Notes: generated by a model from the sequence alone, not told the origin. DNA of 64,000 bases from Marsupella aquatica (GCA_973895155.1 OZ316891.1:32127208-32191207), one strand, 5' to 3'; shown: positions 1 to 10,721, counted from the stretch's first letter. Program-made: numbers and translations.

Positions 1-479
1 CAAGTTCCCCACACATCTCACCATACTCCATGGCTCTATTCTTAGCGTAGGTGGAGTAAGTAGAAGTGATCGGCATCGCCCATCGCGGCCTCTGCTCCCA
101 AGCCGTCCTGCGGATCTCTTCAATCGTGGCTAGAGGTTTGCTTCCTTTTTTGGCTAGCCGCCTGATGTCCTCCGGCCAATCTCCTCCTGGTAAATCCTTT
201 TCCTTAGCCAGGGCGGCCTCCTCCTCCTGCTTGATTCGCTCCTGAAATTCCTGCACCGTCTGTTTTATGCCGTCGAAGCTCGGGGGAGCAACATCTGGTG
301 GGGGAGACTCAGGGCTACTCTGCTGGTTGGGGTCCCCTCGCACTACCCTTGGAAGTGTGGGGACAAACCGGCCACAGGTCCTTACTCCTGGAACGTGATG
401 GTCCGACCCATAGCCGGAATTATCATGGCTGCAGTCCTCCACTGCCTCCTCTACCTCTTGGACGTCCGGCTTCTCCCTC

Positions 480-1866
480 TGTCGTATAGTGCTAAGTATC
501 AAAAGTGACTCTCCTCACCTAAAACCAGGGTTTCGATCCCTTTAAGAACAGATTTCAGAATGAATTGTATAACTTTTATCACTCCGAGTGATTTAGAGTC
601 TTGAGCTCTATGTTGACTTCACTTCTCAATAAAAAAATCGAATAAACAAACAACAAAGTAACTGAACTTCTGATTTATGAATTAGAGAAGAAATGAGTAA
701 GGATTTAGAGACTACAAGCTACTGCCACTCCTTCAGAAAGGATTTGGGCTCAGTATAGACATGAAATCTATCTCATAATTCATCCATCTCACTCTTCAAA
801 ACACAAAGGTTAATGATAATGGAATTCTCAATCTGATGAAGCAGAAGCTTTCTGATTGCAAATGAATGATATGATTTAAAATGCCGTCAACATGGTTTGA
901 CATCAGCGATACGCAATTCAGTCAAACTCTAAACCATATTCCAGAATCAAAGCAACAGTACTAACTACTCTGAGAATCAGAATTTACTTCTCATTTATCA
1001 TTAACTATTCTTGAATTGGCTAGCGAATCCCGACTCTGCAAGCAAGCCTAGCAGTGAATTCAATACGAGTTTCAGAAATCTGCAACTGAATTCAATCACC
1101 ACAGGAATCTCTTGAATTCAATCTTAACTTCAATCAATATAGCTTTACTTCCATACAAAACACTCACAGCATGCCTTGTTACAATGGAAGGAGGAGAAAA
1201 CTATTCAGAAGACTCAATTCTGAATACAGTATTAACTCTATTTCTCTCTACTTCAAATGAGCATTCTACTCTGTCTTATAAGTGCTGGAATCCTAAAATG
1301 GAGGAGGTAAGAACAGTCGTGCCTTTCCAAGCTTAAAACTAAACAAGGGAGAAGCACAGCATAAGTACTTCAACAAGGGTGGTAGAATACTACTTTACTA
1401 GTAATCTACTTCAAAAACTAAGTGTTGAGCGGACGCTGCTAGAAGCGTCGGGAGAATCTGGACGCTGCTAGAAGCGTCTTAAGTAAAACCAACGGACGCT
1501 GCTCACACTGCTCACAGCGTCAATACTAGGGTGGACGCTGCTCACAGCGTCGTGTGTTGAAGCTGACGCTTTCCACAGCGTCGGTCGAAATCCTCATAGA
1601 GTCTTGGTGGCGGTCGGGCACTGCCAAAAGCGTCATGAGGAGGTTGGACGCTTCCGCAGCGTCTTGAGTAAAAGAAACGGGCGCTGGTCACAGCGTCGGG
1701 CAAAGTACACTAGGAATCGTCAGGAAAGCCGGAGATGTCAAATATTTCTATAAGTGTCCAGAACAAGTAAATGTTGGCCGGAAGGTGTCTAAAGTGTAAG
1801 TAAATCTTGTGATATGCTAAAAATAAACAAGTTTCCAGAAAAAATTGCAGGGACACCCATACCACA
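480..1866 (-). repeat. 3' LTR of element A
   Basis: TGTCGTAT...ATACCACA; direct repeat of 10728-12114 at offset 10248, with one mismatch seen by eye (821 vs 11069). Confidence 0.97.
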
Positions 1867-1879
1867 TAGCCCTCCACTT
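1867..1879 (-). promoter_or_regulatory. Polypurine tract of element A
   Basis: Minus strand AAGTGGAGGGCTA immediately before the 3' LTR. Confidence 0.85.
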
Positions 1880-1943
1880 AAATTTCGCCGTGCCCCCACA
1901 AGACATGACCGAATTGAATCAGAAGCGAGTGACATGTTCTTCA

Positions 1944-2420
1944 TTAATAATATTCTGGCTTAATAATCCAAGTAGTGCTCAAAATCATTGACGGGAGTTG
2001 GGAGATATCCGAATCCAGAATATAAAAATCGAGGTCATGGAATTCTTCTCCGATCTGTATTGGGACTCCTTTAACTCTTCCCCAAAGATTAATGATTCGT
2101 CCATCGATTGATATCTGAGCAGATATCGGTTGTACTTCTTGATGAACAAATTGCTGGCACAGTCTGTGGGAGAGGAAATTAATTCGAGAGCCTGGATCAA
2201 TAACAAAGTGTTGAATAGCATGTCCTCCCAGTTTGATCTTGCCTTCAAAGGAATGTTGGAAAGCACGGGGTAAAGAATTCCAACAATCCATAGTAGCTTT
2301 GATGTCCCACATGAGCAGATAAATATCAATTCGAAGGAGAAAGAAGGAAACAATTGCAGGATGCTGCAAAAGTAACGGCTTATATACATATAAATGACAA
2401 CACCGTTTGATATCTCTCAT
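1944..2420 (-). CDS. Second retropepsin-like (aspartic protease fold) ORF of element A
   Basis: 158 aa; FVIDPGSRINFLS (D-x-G-S catalytic-like), GRVKGVPIQIG, LDFYIL, and MILSTTWI at the position of the usual LLGRPWL. Confidence 0.65.
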   Translation of the reverse strand: MRDIKRCCHLYVYKPLLLQHPAIVSFFLLRIDIYLLMWDIKATMDCWNSLPRAFQHSFEGKIKLGGHAIQHFVIDPGSRINFLSHRLCQQFVHQEVQPISAQISIDGRIINLWGRVKGVPIQIGEEFHDLDFYILDSDISQLPSMILSTTWIIKPEYY

Positions 2421-2432
2421 AAATGGTGTTCT

Positions 2433-4667
2433 TCAAATCTGTGTCCTAGATAAAACACCTTGAATAATCACATCCGGATAAGAAGGAATAATAGGTAGGA
2501 ACGCTAAACACCTAAGCGACTTGAACCCTTGGGAAGCCGGTAGCATACATTGTTTTGTAATCAACTGCTCCCTTAGCTTAACAAGCTTCTTCTCATATTT
2601 AATTGGAATAGCAAACCCACCAGGACAAACCCAAACATAGTATGGATAGGGCCATGGAATTTCCGGCACAAGGGGCGGAAATGGAGCTTGAGCTCGTCGA
2701 AGCATATACACCCAACACCAAATTTCGAACTCCGAAAACTTATGTCGTCTGTCCTTATCAATGGGAGGAACCGCCTTCCCAGGTTCATATGTGCGAATCA
2801 AACTACGAATCCTCGGATGGGATGTCATTGGCAAAATCTGCTGCTGCTGCAAAATGCTCTCCATCTCCAGATGTCGAAAAGCTACTCGAAAATGTTTCTT
2901 CTCCCACCTGTGAATTGAAGCCAAATTAGGGATAGGATTTCGGGGTGGCAAATCCACTGTATGCCGAAGTCGAGGAGGTACTCTGATAATGCGAGGGTCT
3001 TCGTCTTCTTCTCCATCACTTGGTGCTCCTATCCAACGGAAAATTACATCTGGCATAGCGGAAGGAATCACTGACTCCTTAACTGGTCGAATTGGCAATG
3101 TAACAGGAGACGAAGGAGCAGAAGGTTCGGGCTCCAGTGGTTCAAATTCTTCTCTTGCAACAGTAGCTGGTTGATCTGCAATGGGATGCATTGGTACTAA
3201 AACAGGAAGTTCTTCTTTAAAATTATCGCTAGGTAAAGAGACTTCCTGGTTAGTTCGATCTGTCAAAAGTACAGGAAGGGGTAGCTCGTCTGTTCCGATA
3301 GGTGCTTCTCCCTGTTCAAAATCCTGGGAAGATGCTTCAGGAAAGATCTGTCGACTGATAGCATGGCGCAACCGTTTCCAAGATTTTCGAGTATACGTCA
3401 CTGAAAACTCCTCCCGAATGTTTTTATCCTCGTTTGTAGCCAATGAAACTGGTGCTGAGCTTAATATTTCTGACTCCTGGACCAGAGGGATTTCACCTAT
3501 ATTTGGGCTAGAACTAAGAGAGTCGGACGAATCATACTCCTGTAAAGCCTGCAAAGCATCACTATTTGCCTCTATGGGAACCAAAACAGGGGTAGAAGTA
3601 AATCCATCATACTCGTCCTCAGCAGTAGAATGTTGAAGAGGTTCCCCTGAAAAACCTTCTTCATCCACCCTCACCTCATCTTCAACATTCATCTGAGAAG
3701 CAGAATTATCCTGATCAACATCATAAATAGGCTCGGCAGCACAAGGTGAACACGAGAGTCGAGGTGACATAGAATGCTCCAACCCTGTTGGCATTGCTGA
3801 AGGAACATCTTCGGCAACTTGAGCCTCTCTTGGTTGGTGAAGAATCGGATCGTCACTCCCTTCAGCTGATGCTCTTGTCTCTTTCAATTTCCGAACTTCA
3901 CCCACCAGTTCAGGTTCCTCACAGTCGAGTATTGCACATAGCTCTACCACTGTGGAATTGGCTCGGACTTCTCGTACTTCAGGCATATAATTTGCTTCAC
4001 CGGTAGATGCTCTCTGATTGTTGCGATAAAAATCTTTTTCCAAGACAAGCAGACAGTCATACTTATGGTAAATGTGAGCTAAATAAGGGGCCAAGTAGGT
4101 ACACCTTATTTTCCCCGTTTTCAGCCTGCTACGAAAATTTTTGACCTGAGTATGAATTACTCGGTGCAAAACCTTCGTCCAATTGATAGACTGCGTCTGT
4201 TCTAATGAACAGATCACCGTTGCAGCGAACGAAAGAGTGATGCGCGTCTGGCTTTCTGGGTAGAAAATTGGTGCCAGAAATCGAAATAGACGCTGCAGAG
4301 AATTATCTAAGCAGTCCGCCGCTAGCCATCCATTCCGCCTCTTGAAGGATCCTGGAGCGAAGAAGGATTCTACATAAACCCGAGGCTCACAATCAACCCT
4401 CTGTAAATCCTCGCCCTCCATCGGCGTCGAATAGACCTTCGCTATGAGCGCTTCAGTCCAAACACTGGGACGCGAGCGCACACCAATCCTTTCTTCAGCG
4501 TCCCAGACACCTTGATCGATAAGGCTGAATTCGCAAATCTTCCAAGGAAGTTGAAGCAGCTTCTTCAAGCCCATTTTTGCCAGAGCCGTCTTCAACTGCC
4601 GCCTATGCACTGCATTCGATGGAATGTCTGCGAGTATTGGTCGCGTCGTCAGCTCAGTCTCCGCCAT
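2433..4667 (-). CDS. Extra 3' ORF of element A (744 aa; N-terminal domain resembling Athila ORF1 / putative plant transposon protein, then an acidic low-complexity region)
   Basis: Intact ATG-to-stop ORF between integrase and PPT; its GLKKLLQLPW...WTEALIAKVY segment resembles the LTR ORFs of B and D. Confidence 0.8.
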   Translation of the reverse strand: MAETELTTRPILADIPSNAVHRRQLKTALAKMGLKKLLQLPWKICEFSLIDQGVWDAEERIGVRSRPSVWTEALIAKVYSTPMEGEDLQRVDCEPRVYVESFFAPGSFKRRNGWLAADCLDNSLQRLFRFLAPIFYPESQTRITLSFAATVICSLEQTQSINWTKVLHRVIHTQVKNFRSRLKTGKIRCTYLAPYLAHIYHKYDCLLVLEKDFYRNNQRASTGEANYMPEVREVRANSTVVELCAILDCEEPELVGEVRKLKETRASAEGSDDPILHQPREAQVAEDVPSAMPTGLEHSMSPRLSCSPCAAEPIYDVDQDNSASQMNVEDEVRVDEEGFSGEPLQHSTAEDEYDGFTSTPVLVPIEANSDALQALQEYDSSDSLSSSPNIGEIPLVQESEILSSAPVSLATNEDKNIREEFSVTYTRKSWKRLRHAISRQIFPEASSQDFEQGEAPIGTDELPLPVLLTDRTNQEVSLPSDNFKEELPVLVPMHPIADQPATVAREEFEPLEPEPSAPSSPVTLPIRPVKESVIPSAMPDVIFRWIGAPSDGEEDEDPRIIRVPPRLRHTVDLPPRNPIPNLASIHRWEKKHFRVAFRHLEMESILQQQQILPMTSHPRIRSLIRTYEPGKAVPPIDKDRRHKFSEFEIWCWVYMLRRAQAPFPPLVPEIPWPYPYYVWVCPGGFAIPIKYEKKLVKLREQLITKQCMLPASQGFKSLRCLAFLPIIPSYPDVIIQGVLSRTQI

Positions 4668-5050
4668 CGCGTGACTTGTTAGCTCCGTAAGCTCAGTGAG
4701 AATCGTGTTCCATAGTGAACTAGGGCGAAGCGCGACTGCTTACTCCTCAGCGTCCCGTTGAGCTGTCGCAATCCGCCATTGTACAAGATGCCTAGTCATC
4801 GGCTCACAGCGTCTCATGCAACTGAACTAATACAAAAGCGGACCTCTGCACAACGTCCTTTGTAAACTAAGTGGACGCTTCCCCAGCGTCGAGTTACAAT
4901 GGACGCTTTTCACAGCGTCCAATGTAAAAACTGAAAGTAACTAAAAAAAATTAAAAAAATATGCCGAATACTTACTAGGGAGGGTCACTAATTCTAACTA
5001 AGTATAACTACCGCCCTCCACTTAAATTGCAACCTGTCCCAGGTGGAATT

Positions 5051-5399
5051 CTAAATGGAAGACTCATAGTACCGTTTAATCCTAAACCCATTGATTCTAG
5101 TGTTAAGTGGGTGACCATCTAAGGTAGTCAATGAAACTGAACCATTATCCCAGATGTGTGTAACTCGGTAAGGACCAATCCAATGAGTATGAAGTTTCCC
5201 AGGAAATAGCATATAACGAGAATCAAAGACTAATGCTAAATCACCAACATCTAACTGCACTACGCGCAGCTTCTTATCATAAGCAAGTTTACGCTGGTTC
5301 TGAATGGTGACTGTATGGTCTAATGCTAAAAGTCTAACTTCTTCTAATTTAACAATATTGGAAAACCGATGTGAGAGACTATCTGAAGGAGAGAGTCGG
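5051..5399 (-). pseudogene. Integrase C-terminal remnant (GPY/F module) of element A
   Basis: GDLALVFDSR...GKLHTHWIGPYRV; aligns by eye with the C-terminus of element B's integrase. Confidence 0.88.
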
Positions 5400-6455
5400 T
5401 GGTTGCAACTCCATAATTACTCTAACCTTCTCTGTATCAACCTCAATGCCGCGTTGTGAAATAACATGGCCTAACAAAATTCCCTCCTTCATACCAATAA
5501 AGCACTTTTCTGGATGAAGACACAACTGAGCCTCTCTACACTTCTGAAATGTCTTCTCCAAATGGACGAGGTGTTCAGCCGCTGACCCGTAAACACAAAA
5601 GTCGTCAATAAAAATCTCCATGAAATGCCGCAAATATTCTTGAAAAATAATCATCATAATGCGCTGAAAAGTACCCGGGGCATTACACAGCCCAAAAGGC
5701 ATCATGGTAAATGCATATGTACCCCAGTCGGTGGTGAACGTAGTCTTGTCGCGATCCTCCTTCCGAATGGACACCTGGTTATAACCAGAGTACCCATCTA
5801 AAAAACTGTATAACTCATGCAAGGCCACTGAATCAAGTACCAGATCAATAAATGGCAAAGGATAATGATCTTTCCGAGTGGCAGCATTCAACTTCCGGAA
5901 GTCTTGACAAACGCGAATTTTCGTTTTACCATCGGGTCCCGGCTTTTTGGGGACAATGACAATTGGTGAGACCCATTCACTACTCAAGACCGGGTAGATA
6001 AATCCAGCAGTCGTGAGCTTGTCCAACTCGTCTTTAACCAGGATGGAATATTTGGGATTCAAACGGTACTGTCTCTGTCGGACAGGTACTGCTCCTTCCA
6101 TAAGGTCAATACGATGTTCGCCCAAATGTGGATGGATACCTTTTAAATCAGAATGACTCCAGGCAAAGACATCTTTATACTGGGTTAATAAACTGATATA
6201 CTGTTCCCGTAGCTCTCCTTCGATATGCTTACCAATATTCAAAAACTTGCCTGGCTCAATTTCGATTTTCTGACAAGCTTTTGGATCCACAATTCCATCC
6301 GTGAGGTTTGCCGGCTGAAGTCCAAGTTTGGATACTTCTGGTGCAAATGGCTCAAGGGTAGCTGACATTCCCATATCATGGTGTAAATCCCTATTAGCCT
6401 CAGTATTAGGAGGTTCGTCTGCTGCTGGGCCCACTTCCGATGATGAAGTTAATTG
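5379..6455 (-). CDS. pol: Reverse transcriptase of element A (in frame with gag-PR after a single TGA; truncated by deletion)
   Basis: RVCQDFRKLN, DGYSGYNQ, MPFGLCNAP and FIDDF motifs; ends abruptly at QPPT, with no RNase H or integrase core. Confidence 0.92.
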   Translation of the reverse strand, partial: QLTSSSEVGPAADEPPNTEANRDLHHDMGMSATLEPFAPEVSKLGLQPANLTDGIVDPKACQKIEIEPGKFLNIGKHIEGELREQYISLLTQYKDVFAWSHSDLKGIHPHLGEHRIDLMEGAVPVRQRQYRLNPKYSILVKDELDKLTTAGFIYPVLSSEWVSPIVIVPKKPGPDGKTKIRVCQDFRKLNAATRKDHYPLPFIDLVLDSVALHELYSFLDGYSGYNQVSIRKEDRDKTTFTTDWGTYAFTMMPFGLCNAPGTFQRIMMIIFQEYLRHFMEIFIDDFCVYGSAAEHLVHLEKTFQKCREAQLCLHPEKCFIGMKEGILLGHVISQRGIEVDTEKVRVIMELQPPTLSFR

Positions 6456-9400
6456 TCAGGAGGGCCTAGTTGGTTTTATGGGAGCATCAGACAGATAAAC
6501 TTCCAAGTAACGAACTTCCTCCAGTTCAAATTCCAATGGCTGCAGGACTAGCGAAGAGGTCGAAAAATCCGAGGTGTACCCATCATCTGTTTGTGTTTCT
6601 CCAAAATGTGGTTCCGGAACCCAACTAACAGTCACCTTAGGCTTCCCAAATGAAAGCTCTTGAGATTGCCAATTAACCTGAACTTGAGCCTTATACAACC
6701 ATGGTCGGCCTAACAAAACAGGAAAGCTGGATGGTATTTCCGGATTAATAACCACATAATCCAACAGAAAAGGGACACCAGCAATCAAAGTTTCTACTCT
6801 GGTCAGCTTCCCTATGGGTACCACACGAGACTGATCCGCCATGCGCAAAATCTTGGGAGTGGGCTCAAACTTAGTGAAACCCAAATTAAATGCTGCTGAC
6901 TGTGTAATCAGATTAACGCTGGCTCCTCCATCCACAGGAACTCTCCGAATGACACACCCCTGGATTTGAACCTCAATTTCCATCGGTCCTTTGTCCTCCC
7001 ACTCTGTTCGTAGCACATCCACAGAAGGTAACTTCTTCTTCCTCCGTTTTCCTGCAAGGAGGCTCCTCAGCTGTCGCCTATAAACCGGATTGTCCTGTAA
7101 TAATTCCCCAATGGTGATATGTGCAGGATGATTCTTGACATCTTCAACAATATCATAACCTGGATTTTTCAGTGGCTCTTTAGCTTTGACTACTACTGGT
7201 GGGTTAGGAGATTGCACTTGCTCCTTAACTAGCTCTTCCAGATGGTCTTTCACTTCCAAAGAGATGTCGGGCAAGAAGTATTTTGGGTCATATCGGTCAT
7301 AAGCAGGGTCGTCTTCTTTGTCGAGGCCTTCCTTACATGGCTTGCGCCCTTCATCCTTGGGAGCTTTCGCGACCTTCTGATGCTCGTGCTTCTTGGTCTC
7401 CTTTTTCTTCGAACGAGTAGTTGCGTAAATATTAGTCAGAACTTTATCCCGATTCTGAACTCGATCATTCGGCATACCAACTACTTCAGGTTTCACTAAA
7501 TGACTTACCAAGACATCAGGCACCACCCCGGATACTGGTTGATGAAAAAGTGAATCTGGCTTTAATTCCACCCGATTTACATCCATATGTTGAATGAAGC
7601 TGCATTGCTCCATCTCTTCAGAATAAACCATCCGAATCTTGGCTTCAGGTCGACTTGCTTCTTTAACTGGCTCTTGAGCAAATCGAACCATCAGCCTAGG
7701 CTTAGCCGGATTCGGGCATTCCACCGGTAAGTGTCCTTCTTTTCCACAGTTCCCACAGACAGGTGTATACCCCACCTCCTGTTTGGGATAAGGGCACTGG
7801 GGTGAATAATGATCAGGTTGGCCACAATTCCAACAAGCCCCTTTTTGACACGGCATTCCTCGTGGTGGGTATCCTCCCGGGGGTCCCATGGGTGGTCTTG
7901 ACGTTGGTTTATTGAAAGTGGGCTTAGGTGGTCCCCAAGTCGGTCTGGAAGCAGGAGGTGGTGGGAAATACTGTCCAGGGGGTGCTGTTTGGACGGTATA
8001 CGTGGGATCGTACTCATACTCCTCAGCCTCTTCTTGACCATCTACATAATTCACCGGGGTTCGTAATGTGGGGCACTCGTTCGGGTAATGGCCCTGCTGA
8101 CTGCATCGGGTGCACCATACGTTCATTCTCATGGGAGCAGGCAACCTTCGTACTGGTTTTACCGCGGCGATATTGACATTCAACTTGGACAATTGGCCAG
8201 AGAGTTCTTCCATCATGCGATCCATCTTCTTCTGGTTGGGAACTTTATTATTCCCTTTTACAGAGGATTTCTTCTTTTTAGGAGCAACGGATTCTGAGTC
8301 GGAACTTGAGCTTGAACTATCACTAGTGCTCGAATTTGTACTCTCGTCCTCCTCACTAGTGCTACTTCCACTTGATTCCGTCTCCGAGTCAGATTTAGAC
8401 CTGGACGTTTTCTTCTTCTTTCTTTTGTCTTTCTTCAGGTCCTTCTTAACTCGTTTTCTCTCTGAAATCTCTGAGTCTACGTACTTCTGGGCTGCCTCTT
8501 GTACTTCTTCCAAAGTGGTGCCACCTTCTCGTCTCACGTAACGAGCAATCCTGGAGGGTAAACCGTTAATAAACCAGTCCTTGATAGTAGATTTCGAGGT
8601 AGCTGGATTATATTGATCTACCAAATCCAATAATTTGTCGGCATATTTCCTCACAGACCCATGTTTCTTCATGTGCAGATGTGAGATTCGGGCAAAGGCA
8701 CGCGCAGCTGCTCCTTCTTCTTTATATTTGGCCAAGAAAGCAGCCTTCAATTTCCCCCAATCCTGCTTGTCCGGAAAACGGTCATACCATTTCTGAGCAC
8801 CCTTTTTCATTAGACCACCAAACAGATTGGCTTTTTCAGCGTCTTGACTCTGTCCATTGGATGCAGCTGCAGCTTCAAATTCTTTCAAATACACCTCTGC
8901 ATCCTCCTTGGAAGTACCGAAGAACCGGTCGTACCTCACATTATTTCGAGCCATCGTGGTTGGAGCTAGGAGGGTAACGAAAGGAAGAGCTGATCGGGTA
9001 GCAAATGGGTTTGGGCTGCCCAAGCCTGAACTGCTGCTTGTCTCACTAGAAGACGAACCACCGGCTTCACTCAGTGGTTCTGGATTATCCAATTGTGAAA
9101 GATCGACAGAATTATCTTGGGCCAGCGATTCTGCAACTGTATTCTCGGGCAAACCCAAATTTCTTCCTTCGGTATGAGATAAGGCCCTCTCAGTGGTACT
9201 ATCCACACCAGAGTCAATTTGGTTCACCGAACGTACTGTCTGCTGGCGGAGCTTGGTCTTTTGAGAACCAATAAGTTTTGGACCTGAACGAAGATTTACA
9301 AACAGGGGTCGGGTCGACGTGGGCCTTTCCAAAGAGCCACTTGCCTCTTGAATAGATCCCACTTGTTTCCACACACTACCCGGTGCAGGTGCTCCTGGTG

Positions 9401-9509
9401 ACTGGAATTCGGGTAACAATGTGCGAGGGGTCACTACTAATTTTGCAGCATCCGAATTACTGGAGGTCTTGGTAGGTTTTCTTTTATTCGGTGGATCTCC
9501 CTCAGACAT
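6456..9509 (-). CDS. gag: Gag (capsid-like region, three CCHC zinc knuckles) plus aspartic protease, element A
   Basis: 1017-aa ORF; CTRCSQQGHYPNEC, CWNCGQPDHYSPQC and CGNCGKEGHLPVEC; protease motifs VDGGASVNL and LLGRPWL. Confidence 0.93.
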   Translation of the reverse strand: MSEGDPPNKRKPTKTSSNSDAAKLVVTPRTLLPEFQSPGAPAPGSVWKQVGSIQEASGSLERPTSTRPLFVNLRSGPKLIGSQKTKLRQQTVRSVNQIDSGVDSTTERALSHTEGRNLGLPENTVAESLAQDNSVDLSQLDNPEPLSEAGGSSSSETSSSSGLGSPNPFATRSALPFVTLLAPTTMARNNVRYDRFFGTSKEDAEVYLKEFEAAAASNGQSQDAEKANLFGGLMKKGAQKWYDRFPDKQDWGKLKAAFLAKYKEEGAAARAFARISHLHMKKHGSVRKYADKLLDLVDQYNPATSKSTIKDWFINGLPSRIARYVRREGGTTLEEVQEAAQKYVDSEISERKRVKKDLKKDKRKKKKTSRSKSDSETESSGSSTSEEDESTNSSTSDSSSSSSDSESVAPKKKKSSVKGNNKVPNQKKMDRMMEELSGQLSKLNVNIAAVKPVRRLPAPMRMNVWCTRCSQQGHYPNECPTLRTPVNYVDGQEEAEEYEYDPTYTVQTAPPGQYFPPPPASRPTWGPPKPTFNKPTSRPPMGPPGGYPPRGMPCQKGACWNCGQPDHYSPQCPYPKQEVGYTPVCGNCGKEGHLPVECPNPAKPRLMVRFAQEPVKEASRPEAKIRMVYSEEMEQCSFIQHMDVNRVELKPDSLFHQPVSGVVPDVLVSHLVKPEVVGMPNDRVQNRDKVLTNIYATTRSKKKETKKHEHQKVAKAPKDEGRKPCKEGLDKEDDPAYDRYDPKYFLPDISLEVKDHLEELVKEQVQSPNPPVVVKAKEPLKNPGYDIVEDVKNHPAHITIGELLQDNPVYRRQLRSLLAGKRRKKKLPSVDVLRTEWEDKGPMEIEVQIQGCVIRRVPVDGGASVNLITQSAAFNLGFTKFEPTPKILRMADQSRVVPIGKLTRVETLIAGVPFLLDYVVINPEIPSSFPVLLGRPWLYKAQVQVNWQSQELSFGKPKVTVSWVPEPHFGETQTDDGYTSDFSTSSLVLQPLEFELEEVRYLEVYLSDAPIKPTRPS

Positions 9510-10703
9510 CCCTCATTCTCCAAGCACGGGTGATTTTGAGACACCAGACCCGCTCCTCAGGAGTCTTTATGCAAGGAGTCACCATTTAGGTGCGACGTTA
9601 TCACCCCACTCCGGGAGATATGAACCTGCTTCCTCAAAGTGACTTCCCGTAGCGTCGTTCAACATCCCTTGCATGATTCCTCCCCCTTGCTATCCCGTAG
9701 CTAATACTTCCCTTCAGTGACCAGCCGAGATTCTAAAACCTCGTTTTCTCTGGTGCGTCCTTCAGGTTGAGACGCGGAAAGGCACACCAGAAGCGTCGCG
9801 CACGTTGGTTCGTCACAGATTCCACCGGACGCTGCTCACAGCGTCCACTGGGATCGGACGCTACTCGAAGCGTCCTGACTTGCGGAATCTTCTGGGACGA
9901 ATCGCATTGGACGCTCTTCGCGGCGTCCTTCCTTATCTCCTTTACGGTGGCGATTACTGGAACCGGGCGTTCCCCATAATCTCCGACTTCCTTCACCCTG
10001 AAATTTCTTTACCACATGGTACGCTACACTAGGCCATCCTACTAATCAGACGTCTAACTCCTTCCTAATCTTCTACGCAATTCCTGGTGCATGATTCTTT
10101 CCGCTAACTCCCGAATGGAAATGACTAAATATCACTCCTGTGTGATCCTACCATTCAGCCTTAATATTACTAAATGCAAGCTTTCATCTTCCCACCAGGT
10201 GATAGTTAACCAATGTATGCCATTCCTCCCTCTCAGGCTCAGAACCCAAGAATTAACATAACGATTCCTCAAATTCCTAATTCTTAATGTTCCCAAAGAT
10301 CGGATAGGTGGCATCGGTCACACGAACCAGGATGGTTGGACAATTTTACAAATCATACGTCCCGAGCAACGTTAGAATAACTTCACTTGTCACTCAAAGT
10401 GTCTTTGGTGTCTTCGACTATCTCCAAAGCAACTTGACGAGCAACAGCTCCTCTCTGTGAGGCCTTTTCTGGTGGGAGGGCGGTTTCTTCTCTTAAGTTT
10501 GGCACCACAAATTTTTCCAATACTCTTAAGAGAGCTTCCGGGGCGCTTTGGATAGAGTACGGCATCACCTCGAAATGGAAGCTCTTCATCTTTTTAACTG
10601 GAGTGATGACGCATCTTCACAATTATAGTAGAACGTGAATTCCTCTCCCGTCTAGCTCCTTCTGGCATACACTGCCTGTACGTCAATTCAATCTTAAATT
10701 CGT

Positions 10704-10721
10704 TCCCCGGCAGCGGCGCCA
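10704..10721 (-). promoter_or_regulatory. Primer binding site, tRNA-Asp type (TGGCGCCGCTGCCGGGGA)
   Basis: Minus strand reads LTR-CA TCTTTT TGGCGCCGCTGCCGGGGA, which resembles the Athila-type tRNA-Asp PBS. Confidence 0.85.

Noticed and set aside
1112-1336. 74-aa ORF repeated at 11360-11584
   Set aside because: TTG start, antisense to the element, and identical only because it lies in both LTRs.
1430-1697. CRISPR-like appearance of spaced palindromic repeats
   Set aside because: Variable repeats, short irregular spacers, eukaryotic LTR context and no cas genes.
2433-4667. Calling the 744-aa ORF an envelope gene
   Set aside because: No signal peptide or clear transmembrane helix seen; position alone is insufficient.
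10383-10589. 68-aa ORF in element A's leader as a 5' extra ORF
   Set aside because: Short, with no recognisable motif; would need family conservation to support.
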